DNA of 63,735 nucleotides, filler included, from Hyphochytrium catenoides (taxonomy: Eukaryota; Protista; Hyphochytriomycota): assembly GCA_900088475.1 (NCBI GenBank). It is 5 parts of 5 records of this genome, joined end to end, with 100 filler letters (N's around TTAATTAATTAA, not from the genome) between each part and the next. Parts side by side here need not be neighbours in the genome. Positions count along the whole stretch, not along the records: positions 14,572 to 30,485 come from FLMG01003194.1; positions 30,586 to 46,916 come from FLMG01003913.1; 3 more parts are not named here. One strand, given 5' to 3'. The notes under the pieces are model-generated. The model saw only the letters and a list, made by a program, of their open reading frames with translations. It was not told the DNA's origin and did no database searches. The translations under genes were made by a program, and so were the position numbers. Positions 25,408 to 37,231 of the stretch are shown one piece after another. Positions within the stretch are counted from its first letter, which is position 1; the number at the start of each line of letters is the position of its first letter.

Positions 25408-26669
25408 TTACTTTCTTACCCTGGGGTTGTTCACTAGTACTCTGTACTCTTTTCTTCGGCTCCCTATCTTTTCTTAGGCTGTAGAACAGTATTCTTATTC
25501 TTGGGGATGTTCACTAGTACTCGGTACTATTTTTTTCTAGGTGGGTGTTCTTTGGTCGGAATCCAGAGACGGACACTCTGACACCCTACAAAGATTGAAA
25601 TAATAAAAAGCTACTAAAAGAATCATTCACCTCCTTTTAACACTCGCCTCAGTCTGTAAAAGTTTCAACTCTATTGTCCAGCGCGTGGCGTCTCCATCTC
25701 CATGCATCTACTACTATAATGTCAGCGCGTCTAGGAATGTTTCTTTTTCATGAAGTATATATTTTGCGTCCCAGGGAACCATTTCAGGGAGCTCAGTGAG
25801 AGTGGCAAAGGGCTTCCAAGACAGAGAGAGACCGTGGCATAGGAAATAAGGATAGATCCAAGCTCGAGAAACCGCGGTTCGAGGAAGGACGAAACAGTAG
25901 TAGGCCAGTTCATAATAGAAAGGACGAAACAGTAGTACTAGGCGGCTATTCATCAGAGGAGGAACGAAACAGTAGTAGTACAGTAATTGTAGTCAATAAT
26001 GCTTATGAAATTTCCAGGTAGGACGAGGACTACACTGTACCGATGAAAAGACCTATGTTTCCTGCCCATCATCCCGTCCGCTCCGTTCGAAGACACGGCC
26101 TTTGGAACTCTAGATACAGCAGGGTAGAACCTGTCTAAGAAGTTGGTCTGCTCGGTAAAACGTAACGCCGTTTGGCCCCATAAAAGCTCCTATCCCGCCA
26201 GCTTCAATCGAACTGATCGGAAGCCATGTGGAGCTATAGTTCGAGAGCTGGTAGGATTCTGAGTGTACAGAACTGAGTTCTTGCCATCGCGGTGTCAGGT
26301 TACATTAGCTTCGGGTACTGACAGTAACCTATCATCGAGAAGAGACTTCGATTGTGCTCATTCTGGACCGGCCAAGGGTGCTCACCCGTCTATCTACCTT
26401 GTCCGTTGCTCACCTTCCTGTGTCACGTGTTGCCGGAGTTCCATAATTAAATTGCCGCTAGTCTCTTCATCAGCCGGCGTCAAAAACGACGTCAGTTTTT
26501 CTAAAACGTGTTTTCCTCGAAGGTCAATCGTCGTTTCTTGGTGCTCTCTCCAGTGAGAACTTAACTCTGTTAGATCATTTTGAGTCTGGGCTCGGCAGGC
26601 GCCACTACAGTGGCGGTACGTCTGTTATCGTCCTTATCCTCTCTTTAGCACACTCGCCCCCACATAAAG

Positions 26670-28124
26670 ATGGGGCTTTTTCAGTCGTGGCTCGGACATG
26701 AACATGCACTACCAGCTCCAGTAATGACGGCGCTTCCGACACCTATCCCGATGAGCCCTTCTCCCTTACCAACCTCCACTGCGTCACCACTATCCGAAGT
26801 GCTATTTGGAAGTACTTTGATTGGGAACGTATACAACTTCACAGAAGAACATCCTGTTATTGAAGGTGCTCGGTACATGCTAAACATGGGAAGTAGCCAG
26901 TTCAAGTTCCAACTTAAGTGCCCTCCTCCTCCTGTCAACACAACGACGAATGAGACTGACGGCTCAATCCCTGCCCCTGAAACAAAAGTACCGCCAGTCT
27001 TGCTCGCCGATCTAATCGATCAAGAGCCATACAAGACGGTCTTTGACCTGCCTCTCTCAGTCTACGCCTTCTGGGTTGCTCCGTGCGACAAGCAGGGCAA
27101 CAGAACCCAGGAGTATGTAGATATGCTGACAAAGCTCCGCACTCGGTATAATGGCACTGCCAAGACCTTCCTTCTGGGAGAATGGGAACAGGATTGGTGG
27201 ATGAGAGGCCATTATAACGCCAGCGCCCCTGCCAACCAGACAAAGTTGGAGATCATTATCAATGATGCAACTGCAAAGCAGACAGCAGTGAACTATGTAA
27301 GAGAGAATGTTCCCTCCGACGTTGGCATCTTCGCTTACGTGGAAGCAAACAAGGTGGTGTCTGCGCTCTCGGACCCGGACTATGACTGCATCGCCAACAA
27401 AGTGCTGCCTCTAGTAGACATTGACTATGTCTCCTATTCATCGTACGAGAGTCAAGATAACCCCGAAGTCTTTCCTCAGGCTCTTGATTATTTGCAGTCA
27501 AAACTTATCCCTAGAGACGGTGGAGCTGTCGCTGAAAGTAGAAGAGTGTTCATCGGAGAATACGGCTACGCCTTGATGACAAAGACGGGCATACCGACCT
27601 ATACCGACGAAGAGCAAGCTAATCGTGCGCTAAGAGTCCTGGCTCAGGCCATAGCCTGGGGATCAAGGTATAATTTCTGGTGGGAGATCTATAACAATGA
27701 GATTGCCACGACGGAGGACGGCACCAAACTTCAGCGAGGATTCTGGCTCCGGAAGCCTGACGGCGAGTTCACCATCCTGCACAACCGGTCAACCTCATAT
27801 CTGGAGTCTCTTCAAGCTTGGTACCGGCAGAAGCTGGAGACATCTACAGTCTCATCAGCAACGTATGGCGAGCTTCGCGTTTACGCTGTGAACATTCTAT
27901 GTTCTCTGACGACGCCTGCGATCAGTCCCTGTTATGAGGTTGTCTCTCTTCCTGAAGATGCTAACATAATTCCCCTGAATCCCCTGGTGCCAGCTGTAGC
28001 GTCTGCTCCTGCTGAGACCGTGCTCGTCGTCAATGAAGAGCCGCCACAGACGCAGAGCGTGGTAAACGAACCACCTTCCTCCTATCAGTGGGTATGGGGA
28101 TGGCAACCACGTTTCCCGTGGTAA
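26670..28124 (+). CDS. Glycoside-hydrolase-like (clan GH-A TIM-barrel) protein of bacterial type
   Basis: 484-aa uninterrupted ORF; FLLGEWEQDW (putative acid/base), DYVSYSSY, VFIGEYG (putative nucleophile), WEIYNNE and RGFWL.KPDG; Pro/Thr-rich flanks; many N-x-S/T sequons. The true N-terminus may lie in upstream exons. Confidence 0.7.
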   Translation: MGLFQSWLGHEHALPAPVMTALPTPIPMSPSPLPTSTASPLSEVLFGSTLIGNVYNFTEEHPVIEGARYMLNMGSSQFKFQLKCPPPPVNTTTNETDGSIPAPETKVPPVLLADLIDQEPYKTVFDLPLSVYAFWVAPCDKQGNRTQEYVDMLTKLRTRYNGTAKTFLLGEWEQDWWMRGHYNASAPANQTKLEIIINDATAKQTAVNYVRENVPSDVGIFAYVEANKVVSALSDPDYDCIANKVLPLVDIDYVSYSSYESQDNPEVFPQALDYLQSKLIPRDGGAVAESRRVFIGEYGYALMTKTGIPTYTDEEQANRALRVLAQAIAWGSRYNFWWEIYNNEIATTEDGTKLQRGFWLRKPDGEFTILHNRSTSYLESLQAWYRQKLETSTVSSATYGELRVYAVNILCSLTTPAISPCYEVVSLPEDANIIPLNPLVPAVASAPAETVLVVNEEPPQTQSVVNEPPSSYQWVWGWQPRFPW

Positions 28125-29438
28125 ATGATATAACTCTAATATATAAGATAGCCAAGGATTCGTTGATCGTCTTGCCTTGCCCACTGTCCTGTGAGCTGAG
28201 AGAGCAAAGAAGGTCAGAGAGCTAACGTGTTGGAGCTCGCAGCTCATGCGTCCTCGCTCCTCCTAGGTCGTCCCTAGAGTCATCGACGGGAGCTTGAGAT
28301 TAGAGCTCTAGCGGTAGGAGGATAGGGAGAAGGTTGAGTCAGTCCATGATCCTCAAGGGGCTGTTGTTCGCTAGGAAATAGAGAAGAGGTGTCCCCCGTC
28401 CTCCGGCACAAAGAAGCCTTGGCTCTGCTTCAAATATAACCGTGATGAACGGGTTACTGGCCCTCCTACCAGGGAAGCAGGCATTAGGAGCAGGAGACGA
28501 TGATCTCAATAGGTTAGAGCTCAGCAGTAAAGGACCAAGCAGGAGCTGGTGCTCCCACTGCCGATTGTCTATAGCTTTTGTTAGCTTAAAGGCGCTATTA
28601 CTCTTCTCTCCTTCTATACTTTGATGCCCTTGTAGCTTTCATCTTCTTCCTCTTTCCTTGTCTTTTATTTTCTCTTTCTCACTCTCTCTCGTTCTGGCTC
28701 TCTAGCTCTCTCTCTCTCTCTACCTCTCTCTCTGACTCTCTCTCTTCCCTGACTACTACTTCTCTCGTTATTTCTCTCTCGCGCTGACCCCACTGTTGTC
28801 TCTCAACTTCTTTGTCCTTCTCTGCTTCTACTCTCTCTCTTGCCCGTGCTTGCCCATCTCTTTCCATGTTCTTCGTTGTCCGCTCCAACAGCTTGGAGGG
28901 ATACCTTCTCCTGATCAAAGCCAACGATAACTCTGAAGAGAGGCGCGCCAAGCTTTGGGTTTGCTCTTCTCTGCTTTCCTGCGTTCCATGGCTACCCTTC
29001 TCCTAGCAGCTGAGTTAGTGGCTTCTCCCTGAATCTTCTCCCTTTTCCTTTGCTATGTTTGTCGCTCTTATTCTTTTTACCACGTTCATCCTCCCTCTCT
29101 TCGTTCTCTTCGTTGTGCCTCTTTGCCTCTCTCTTAGATATGTCACAAACACCTTCTCCCCTCCCTCTCCAACCCATTTTTTCTCTCTTTCTCTCTCTCT
29201 TTCTGTCTGCTCACTCTCTTTTGTGTCTCTCTTCTGTCTCCACCTTCCTTCCTTCCTTCTCCCTCTCTCGCACTCTCTTTCGCGCGCTCTCCCTCTCTTT
29301 CTCTCAAGCACACCCAGTCTTCTTCCTCTCACAAGCACGGACCTTAATGTCTCTTTCTCCTCGATGCCCTATATCTCGTCTCTCCCTCATCCACGAAGCG
29401 AAAGAGATAAGACTTGCTCACATTTCTTATAAATTTTT

Positions 29439-30414
29439 TTATGAAGACGACGGACTGACAATCTCTGGATGCTGCCTAAGACAGCGATTGAAAGGGTCCA
29501 GCAGCATCTTCAAAATCTCTTTCTCAGAGTTCTGCAGCAGCTCTTCCATCGCTTCCACTTCTTTCTTCAGCTTGTCTTCTCTCTCTCCACCTTCGTGTCC
29601 TCCCTCTTTTGTCAAGAGAGAGAGAGACGAGACAAGAGAGAGAATATGCGTCTTCATCACCAGTCTAAGCTTCATCACGATGTTGATCTGGTTCAAACTC
29701 GTTGTCTCTAGAAATTCCAAGCGTATCTGGTCCAGTCTCTCGATCTTTTCCTTAAGCGTCACACAGGCGCGATACTGCAGCAGCGTCTCAAAGTAGATAA
29801 TGTTCTCAACCGCGAACTCTTTGACCAGATACGCGCGGAAGATGTCTCTGTTTTCTATGGAAAGTAAGAGAGTCTTCAGATCGCCAAGCGCCGCGACTCT
29901 CTTCACTTTGTCTCCTCCTCCGCCTCCGCCGTCTTGGGCTCCTCCACCAGGAGATGAGGGAGAGACTCTTCCTCCTCCTTTCTCTCCTGCTCTCTCTCCT
30001 CCTTTCTCTCCTCGAGCAGTGAAAGCTAAAGAAGAAGCCGTGGCCATCTCTGTCGTGGCAACTTGAGAAAGTCTCTGAATCTGAACGCTCTGAAGAGACG
30101 CGCTGCTGGCACTTCTCTGCAGACGAAAAGAGAGTCTCCATGGATTATAACCAACGGAGAAGATGAATGTCCCGAAACAAAGGAGCCAAAGGATCACTTC
30201 TACCGTCTTTGTCCATTGTAAAGCTCGAGAAGAGATAAGGTGCCCAAAAATAGTGTTGAAGGTCCGCAGCGGGACGGCGGAAGAGAAGTAAACGACGGCG
30301 ACGCGGGCAAATCCCTTGGTGAGCTGGAACTCCTCCTGTATATGTCTTAGGTGAAAGCCAGTGAACATGATGACACCGCCGATGCAGCACTGAACCACCA
30401 CGGAGGACCATTTC
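29439..30414 (-). CDS. 7TM-RGS-type protein, 3' exon (last TM helices plus RGS domain)
   Basis: Three hydrophobic helices with an LRHIQEEFQL loop, followed by IFRAYLVKEFAVENIIYF...IRLEFLETTSLNQINI...SEKEILKMLLDPFNR (RGS). 5' exons are cut off by the scaffold end. Confidence 0.8.
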
Positions 30415-30485
30415 TGAGGATGAGAGAGAGAGAGAGAGAAGGGGATGGGGAGGGGGAAGATGAAGAGGGAGAGAGAGAGAGAGAG

Positions 30486-30585
30486 NNNNNNNNNNNNNNN
30501 NNNNNNNNNNNNNNNNNNNNNNNNNNNNNTTAATTAATTAANNNNNNNNNNNNNNNNNNNNNNNNNNNNNNNNNNNNNNNNNNNN
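30486..30585. other. Artificial scaffold linker
   Basis: N44-TTAATTAATTAA-N44. Confidence 0.98.
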
Positions 30586-30999
30586 GAGAGAGAGAGAGAG
30601 AGGAGGAGAGAGGAGAGAGAGGGAGAAACACTTGGAAGGTTTGTTTCCTGAGTACTGTACGAGTAGTCTCTCTTTCCTCCCTGTCCTCTCTATGCACACT
30701 CAGTACAGCTATACCTCCAGGCAAAAAGGCAGCACTAGAGAAACGCACAGACGGTGAGCGCACAACAACAGCCTATCAATCAGCAGACTAGCACACTTTC
30801 AAATCGTTCAATGTAGTGTCAACAGTCAACAGCCTTAGAATATGCGTGTGAAACTGTCAAATATATATCTGGTCCAAGCAAGCTTTATCCTGGCAAACTA
30901 GAGGTTACGATTTCAATTGGCCGTTAGCGTCCTCTGCGAGGGTGACTGGAGAGTGTGAAGTGAAGTGTCAACTGGCTTTCTGAAAGCAGTCTCTCCCTC

Positions 31000-31034
<35 letters not shown>

Positions 31035-31563
31035 NNNNNNNNNNNNNNNNNNNNNNNNNNNNNNNNNNNTCTCTCTCTCTCTCGGTCTCTCGCCCTCTCT
31101 CCCTCTTTCTCTCTCTCGCTCTCTCTCGCTCTCGCTCTCGCTCTCGCTCTTTTCCGTCCAGTTTTTTCCTCTCATCCTTCTTGGCTCCCACCTCTCTAAC
31201 CCTTTTCTTTCTCTTCAGACCGAGCGTGTCTCTTTAGGTTGAGCCGTTTGCCTCTTCGTCGTGCCGCCGTCGCAGCTCCTCGGTTCAACGTTCCTTCCCC
31301 AATCTACTTGTCTCGGTCTCTGCCGGTCAATCCAGACGTCATTCGCTGTACTCTGCCGCCACCTCGGGCTTTTGCCTCCCTCTCTCTCTATAGCTCTGTC
31401 TTTTCAGACGAAGGCAAGATGAGCATTAAGGGAGAGTAGTCGTGGGCTGTTATTCGCAGACAGGCCCGGCACCTCGACTTCTAGACTAAGGAGAGGGCAC
31501 GAGAGAGAGAGAGAGAAAGAGAGAGAAGGGAGCAAGCCTTTGGAAAAGGAGTTGGAGAAGAGT

Positions 31564-31813
31564 ATGGCGGAGGTGGAAGTAAGGTCCTTCTCTCAGGAGG
31601 TAGAAGCTGTGAAGGAGCTGCTGGCCGCCAGTGATCTGGAGAGACAAGACGTGCTGCTCGTCTGTCTGAAGCTGGCAGCCACCAACCGCGGAGCCAATGT
31701 CCTCGCTGCCGGTAACCTCTCTCTCTCGCTCTCTCTCTCGCTCTCCCTCTCGCTCTCTCTCTCGCTCTCTCTCTCNNNNNNNNNNNNNNNNNNNNNNNNN
31801 NNNNNNNNNNNNN

Positions 31814-31844
<31 letters not shown>

Positions 31845-32227
31845 GTCTCATTCTCTCTCTCTCTCTCTGTCTCATTCAGGTCTCGCTTTTCTGAGGCGGT
31901 TATGTCCTGCATCTTTCTCCTTCGTGCTCTGTCTTTGATCTTCTGTGACGCTGCGTCTGGCTGACCGGCCCGCTGCTCTCAGGCGGGTGCATCGATCGCA
32001 TCATCAGAAAGCTCTCCGCAATCAAGGGACCAGAGGCAGAGGCACCTAGCGAAGCTCTTGCACTGATGGTTAGGCTTCCCTCTCTCTGTGTCTCTCTCTC
32101 GCTTTTGTCTCTCTTACTCTCCTTTCTCTCTGCTTTGTGTCTCCCTATTTCCCTTCCTCTTCTTTGTTCTCTTGTGCCTCGCTTTCCCTCTATTTTTCAC
32201 GATATACTACTCGGGTCCCTCTCCCTT

Positions 32228-32290
<63 letters not shown>

Positions 32291-35200
32291 CTATCCATTT
32301 CTCTCTCTCTCTCTCCCTAAAGGCTTTTGCCTCATCCTGCCGTTGTTTCTTTCTTAGGCACTTTGTAACTCTTTCGGTGCTTTGCTCAACGCTTCGTTCT
32401 CTGCTTTCGCTTCTCTTCTATCTTTTGCTCTTATGTCTTACTTCTCTCCTTCTCTTTATTTTGGCTGACGCGCTGCTGATTCAGATGTTGGAGGTGCTGG
32501 ATCTGGCGCTGCAAGACGAAGAGACTGCTTTACACTTTGGTAGGTCTCTTGTGCCGCATCCTCTCCCTCTCTTCCTTGCTCTCTCTTTCGGTCGTGCGTT
32601 CTCTCTCTCTCTCCTCCTTGTACCACTTTGTTGTTGGTCTCTCTCCTTCTGTCTTTCTACTCTCTTTTTCTCTCTCTCTCTCCTCTTGACGTTCGGGAAG
32701 GCTGATCCTTGGTGCTTGATTTACAGCGAGGAATGGCGGTCACTTGCTACTGCTGGATCTGCTGGAGCACGAGAGCGAAGAAATCGCGGAGGTAAGCAGG
32801 TGTCATTTCTGTCTCTCTCTTCTCTGCCTTGCCCTGCACTTTTCCTCTCCCTCTCTCTTTTTTCTGCAAACCCGGAACTGCAGTCCTTGGCATCGGCCTT
32901 TTCCTTCTGCAGTCTACTTTTGTTGCTCTACCTCCGACATCTTCTTTCTCTCTTAATCTTCTCTTTCCTCTCTCTCCTTCCATGAAGCCAGAAATGATCT
33001 CTAATATCAGTCTGTCTTCGTCTTTCTTCTCCACCCTCTCCCTTTTTCTCTCTGTAAATTACTCTCTCTCTCTCCCCCCCCTTGACACTCACACACACAC
33101 TCTCTTATCTCTCTCTTTCTCTCTCTCTCTCTCTACACTCTCTCTCACTCTCTCTCTCACTCTCTTTCTCTCTCCATCTCTTCCCTTCTTCTCTTTCTCT
33201 TCCCCGGCCCCTACTCGCGCCCTTCTTTGGTTCTATGGCTTTGTTTCTCACTCATCTGGGCCACTCCCCAACTTGCAGCTGGCGGCGATGGTGGTTTCCA
33301 GCTGCCATCCCAAGTCAGGCTTCCCGCGCAGGTAAGTTTGTTCATTATTGCTCTTTCTTCCCTTCTCACCCTTTCATCAATTCAAACACTTTCTTCAACA
33401 GGTCAATTCCACCTTCCGCTCCCTTTTCTCTCTCTCTTTTTTCTCTCTCTTTTTCTCTCTGTCATTTGGTCTCTCTCTCTCTCTTACTCTCGCTCTCTTT
33501 CTCTCTCTGCTTTCATTGCATGCATGTCTATGTCACAAATTCTTGGAGTTCCTATAGAGCCTTACATCTCGATCCCCTTTCCTTTTATTAGGCGCGCCAT
33601 GCATTCAGACTTCCAGCCGCCTCACATCTACCACTTCGCTGCCCCAGGGAGCTCCAGAGGCTTTGAGGTTCTCGTACGTCCAGTGCTGGAGAGAATGTCT
33701 GGACAGGTGTGTCTCTTTACGTTCAACTCCCACTCTTTCTTGCTCTCCTCTCTCTCTCGCTCCTCGGAGTCTTCCTCTCTTTCCTGAGTTCTATTTCTCA
33801 ACTTCTCAGAAATCTTGTGCCCTCTCTTACTCTCGCCCATTTGAAGCGCCAAGTGCTGATCTCTCCTGTCAAGTGACGTTGTCTCTCTTCTTCTTCTCTC
33901 TTTCCCCCTTCTCTCTTTCCCGATCTGCACTTGGTGTGACCTTCTTGCTCTTTCGTCTCTTAGGTCGACACTGGCTACCGTATGTGGGGTGCAGCTGTCA
34001 TTCTCTCTCGCTGGCTAGTGATGAATAGGTGAGCTCTCTACCGCCTTCAGCCTTCTTCTCCTTGCTGTCCCTCTTCCTTGTCCCTGCGCTCTCTTCTCAT
34101 TCAGCAGAACCATGTTCCTCCCTCTCTCTCTCTCTCTCTCTCTTTCTTTCTCTCACCTTTCCATGAGCCACCTAAGCCTCATCCTACTTTCTCCTCTTCT
34201 CTCTCTCAGTATCTTACCGTTTCTTTTCGTGGAATCTCTCTTTCGCTCTCTCTGCCTTTTGTCTCTCTTTTCTGCGCATTAGCTCGACTATCTTTAGTCC
34301 AGATAAGGCAGTGATGGAGCTGGGCTGTGGTCTGGGGCTGCCTGGCCTGACTGCCACCTACCTCACCTCCTCTCCCATCATCCTGACCGACTACAACGGA
34401 CACGTGCTGGAGAATCTTAGCTATAACCTCAGGCTTAATGGATGCTGTTCAGAGAGTGAGACACAAGGAGAGAGAGAACCACTTCGGCGGGTTAGGTCTC
34501 CTGATAAGCTTGCGCCGGCTCGGCCCCTCAGTCAAGAGGTGACAGCAGTGATGCTGGACTGGGAGAGACTGGATGAGGTCAGTTGCCTGCGTCTCGCTTC
34601 TCCCTTCTTTTAGTCCTCATTTCTCCTCCTTACTTGCATACTTTCCAGGCTTGTAGACCTCGTCTCTTTACCTAGGCCACCTTAGCTTCTGGCCTCTAAA
34701 GCCAGACAGGGAAGACACTTTCAAGCCTCCTTCAATCGTCGTCCCGCCCATCTTTGCCACCGTTTCAACTATTCTCCTGCTCTCTGTCTCCCTCTGTGCT
34801 TCTGCATGCCATTTATCATGGCGTCTTTCTCCCTTCCTCCTCATTCTCCCCGCTTATGAGAGCTTTCAAATCCTCTTTCTCTCTCACTTCGGATACGTTT
34901 CTGCATCTCTGCGACATTAAATCTTTTAACCTCTCAATGTTGGTCCCTGCGTCTCGCAGTTTGTTCTCCCCTGCGACGGAGTGAGAGTGATCCTTGGCAG
35001 CGACATGATCTGCCAAGAGGCGGACGCACGAGGAGTCGTGGCCACGCTAGATAAGCTATTAGACGATGATGGTAGCAACCTTCCTATTTCGTTTTCTCTC
35101 TCCATGTGCGCAGATGCTACTGCGGATACTGCCACTTTGCCCCGTCCCCACCCCACCCCACCTTTCTCTCTCTCTCACTCTCACTCTCTCTGACTCTCTT

Positions 35201-36169
35201 TCTGTCTCTCTCTTCGTGTCTGTGTCTCTCGGTTTACTCTTTCCATTCTCTTTCTCTCTTCCCCTGTTCTCTTTTTTTGAGGACAATACCGTCCTGGTTG
35301 GCTCTCCCGTACTCCATACTTTTGTTTGTCTAGCCTCTCTCTTTTTTATCCTCTCTTGAAAAGCTTCGCTAACTTTACCTTCAACTGGCAACTTGACTCC
35401 TACCAGCTATCGCATACTTTGTGCTCCCTGCCCCGCGGTGCCGCTACGGAGTGGACGCTCTTGCCCCTTTATTGCAGAGTAAGACCCTAAGTTTCTCAAC
35501 CTCCTTCCTCGACGTTTATCTCTTTTGTGGGCTATCCCGGTCGCGAGCTACCTTGACTCATATCACTCTCCCTCTCCCTTCTTTCTTTCTGTCTTGCTTA
35601 TCTTTTGCCTTCGGTTTTCTCTCTTTCTTCTTTGGGGTTTTCTTACTTTCTCTCCTGGTTTCTCTCTCTTCGTCTCTCTTTTGCACTTCCTCTATCGATG
35701 AGGCTCGCGTTATCACGTTCTATTTTCCTTTACCTCAACTCTTTTTCTTACTTTCTTCATATCTTGTTTTGAACTCTCTCTTATTTCTCGTTAAATTTCC
35801 CCATCGCATTGCTCTGACTCCCGATCTTTTCCTGCGCACTTCCTCTTCTGCTCGATAGTCCTCGCATATGTTCCGTAGCTGCCTTCCCCTTTCTCCTTTC
35901 TAGTCGATGCCTTGGCTGGCTGAATGTGGTCCTCTCTTTTTTGTCTGGTCGCTAGTTCTGTTGGCGTCCTTTCTCTTTGTTGTCTCTACCTCTTCTACAC
36001 ACCTAATACTACTTTCCTCTCTTTAGAGCGCGGGTTCAGGTTCAGCCGGCAAGCAGTGCAAGAGTTGCCCGAGCAAGAGTACCTTCTGAAGGGTGTGGAA
36101 GGCGCGGGAGAGCTCGAGTTTGAGCTCTATATCATCCAGAAGGCGAGCACAAGCGCTGCTGTGGCGTAG
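31564..36169 (+). CDS. Protein-lysine methyltransferase, METTL21-like / Methyltransf_16 family, with N-terminal extension; multi-exon
   Basis: Exons encode DTGYRMWGAAVILSRW (~33965-34027), VMELGCGLGLPGL...ILTDYN..VLENL..N...LDWE (34311-34577), VILGSDMI (~34985) and the last exon ending TAG at 36169; GT-AG introns filled with (CT)n. Start is uncertain. Confidence 0.85.
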
Positions 36170-37176
36170 AGAGGCGGAGGCAATAATAATTTATTTCTTT
36201 ACTTTCTAAGTTATTATTATCTAAGAGTAATGCTATCGGAGTGTTCCAAAGATCTAGGGCCTTCCTTTGGCCAGCTCTTCAGAAGGATAGTGCAGCGTGT
36301 TAGCAAGTCCCTCTGTTTTCGCGTGACTTCTCTCTCTTTTATACTCTCTCCTTCTCTCTGCTGTCCTCATCCCTCGCCCTCTTCCGCAACCTTATCTGTT
36401 TCGCTTTTTCTCCCTCATGGATGAGGGGCCAAACAAGTCCTCTGCAGCCCTGCCTTTCGCTGTCTCCAGCCTCTTTCAAGCTCAGGGAGAGAGAGGTAGG
36501 TGGGCACCTAGAGCTGAACCTTGGTATCGAAGCACTGATGCGGACGACGGACAAGGTCATCTTCTTTCACTATCATACTCATCATGCAGCCAGGGAACTT
36601 TAGTCCCGGATGACCAATGATGATGAATCCCAGAGCTCCATTGAACGGCCCCAAAAAAAAGCTCTGCAAGCTCGAGACTCGAGACCCTGAAGATCGACGC
36701 TGCGGTGCCATCACTGCCAAACCCTCATTGTTGAAAGAGACGTGAAGACACGAAACTTGGTGTCCTAGACCGTGGGGGACAGCAATGTCGTACAAAAATG
36801 TCTAGTGTTTTTGCTATTATATATGGATATGCTTCTTGGCTGGCTTTGGGTGAACCGAAATTTACTTTGGCCGAAAGGATCATCCACCACCCCCTTTCCA
36901 ATACAAGAGGTGGCCCAATAAGGTAATAACGAAAAGGGCTTGGGCCTATTTTTGGCATATCCCAAGGCGACAATAATTGGTAAGGCAATGTCTTTGGAAT
37001 GCTACCTATAAGCGTCTCACATTATAAGTATGATTTGATATAATGCTACGGCTCCACCGACATGGAGGAGATGCGAGAATATGAGGATAGGACTGGTAAC
37101 GGTTTTATGGAAAGTGCACTTTCCGTTTCTTGACCACAGAGTAACGGCTGAGTGCACTGTCTCTCCCTTCCAGTAT

Positions 37177-37231
<55 letters not shown>

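Larger units (their letters stand above)
23664..25540 (+). repeat. ~85-90 bp tandem repeat (about 2.5-3 units) interrupted by the Harbinger element
   Basis: Unit tattctta.tcttgggg.tgttcactagtactc.gt...ggctccc...ttaggctgtagaac at 23664-23748, 25411-25497 and partially 25490-25540. Confidence 0.8.

Noticed and set aside
25886-25980. CRISPR array or hammerhead ribozyme (GACGAAAC; CTGATGA on the opposite strand)
   Set aside because: Repeats are too short and few, no cas genes; hammerhead core elements are on opposite strands.
36616-36690. Box C/D snoRNA (ATGATGA...CTGA)
   Set aside because: No terminal stem and no recognisable rRNA-complementary guide.
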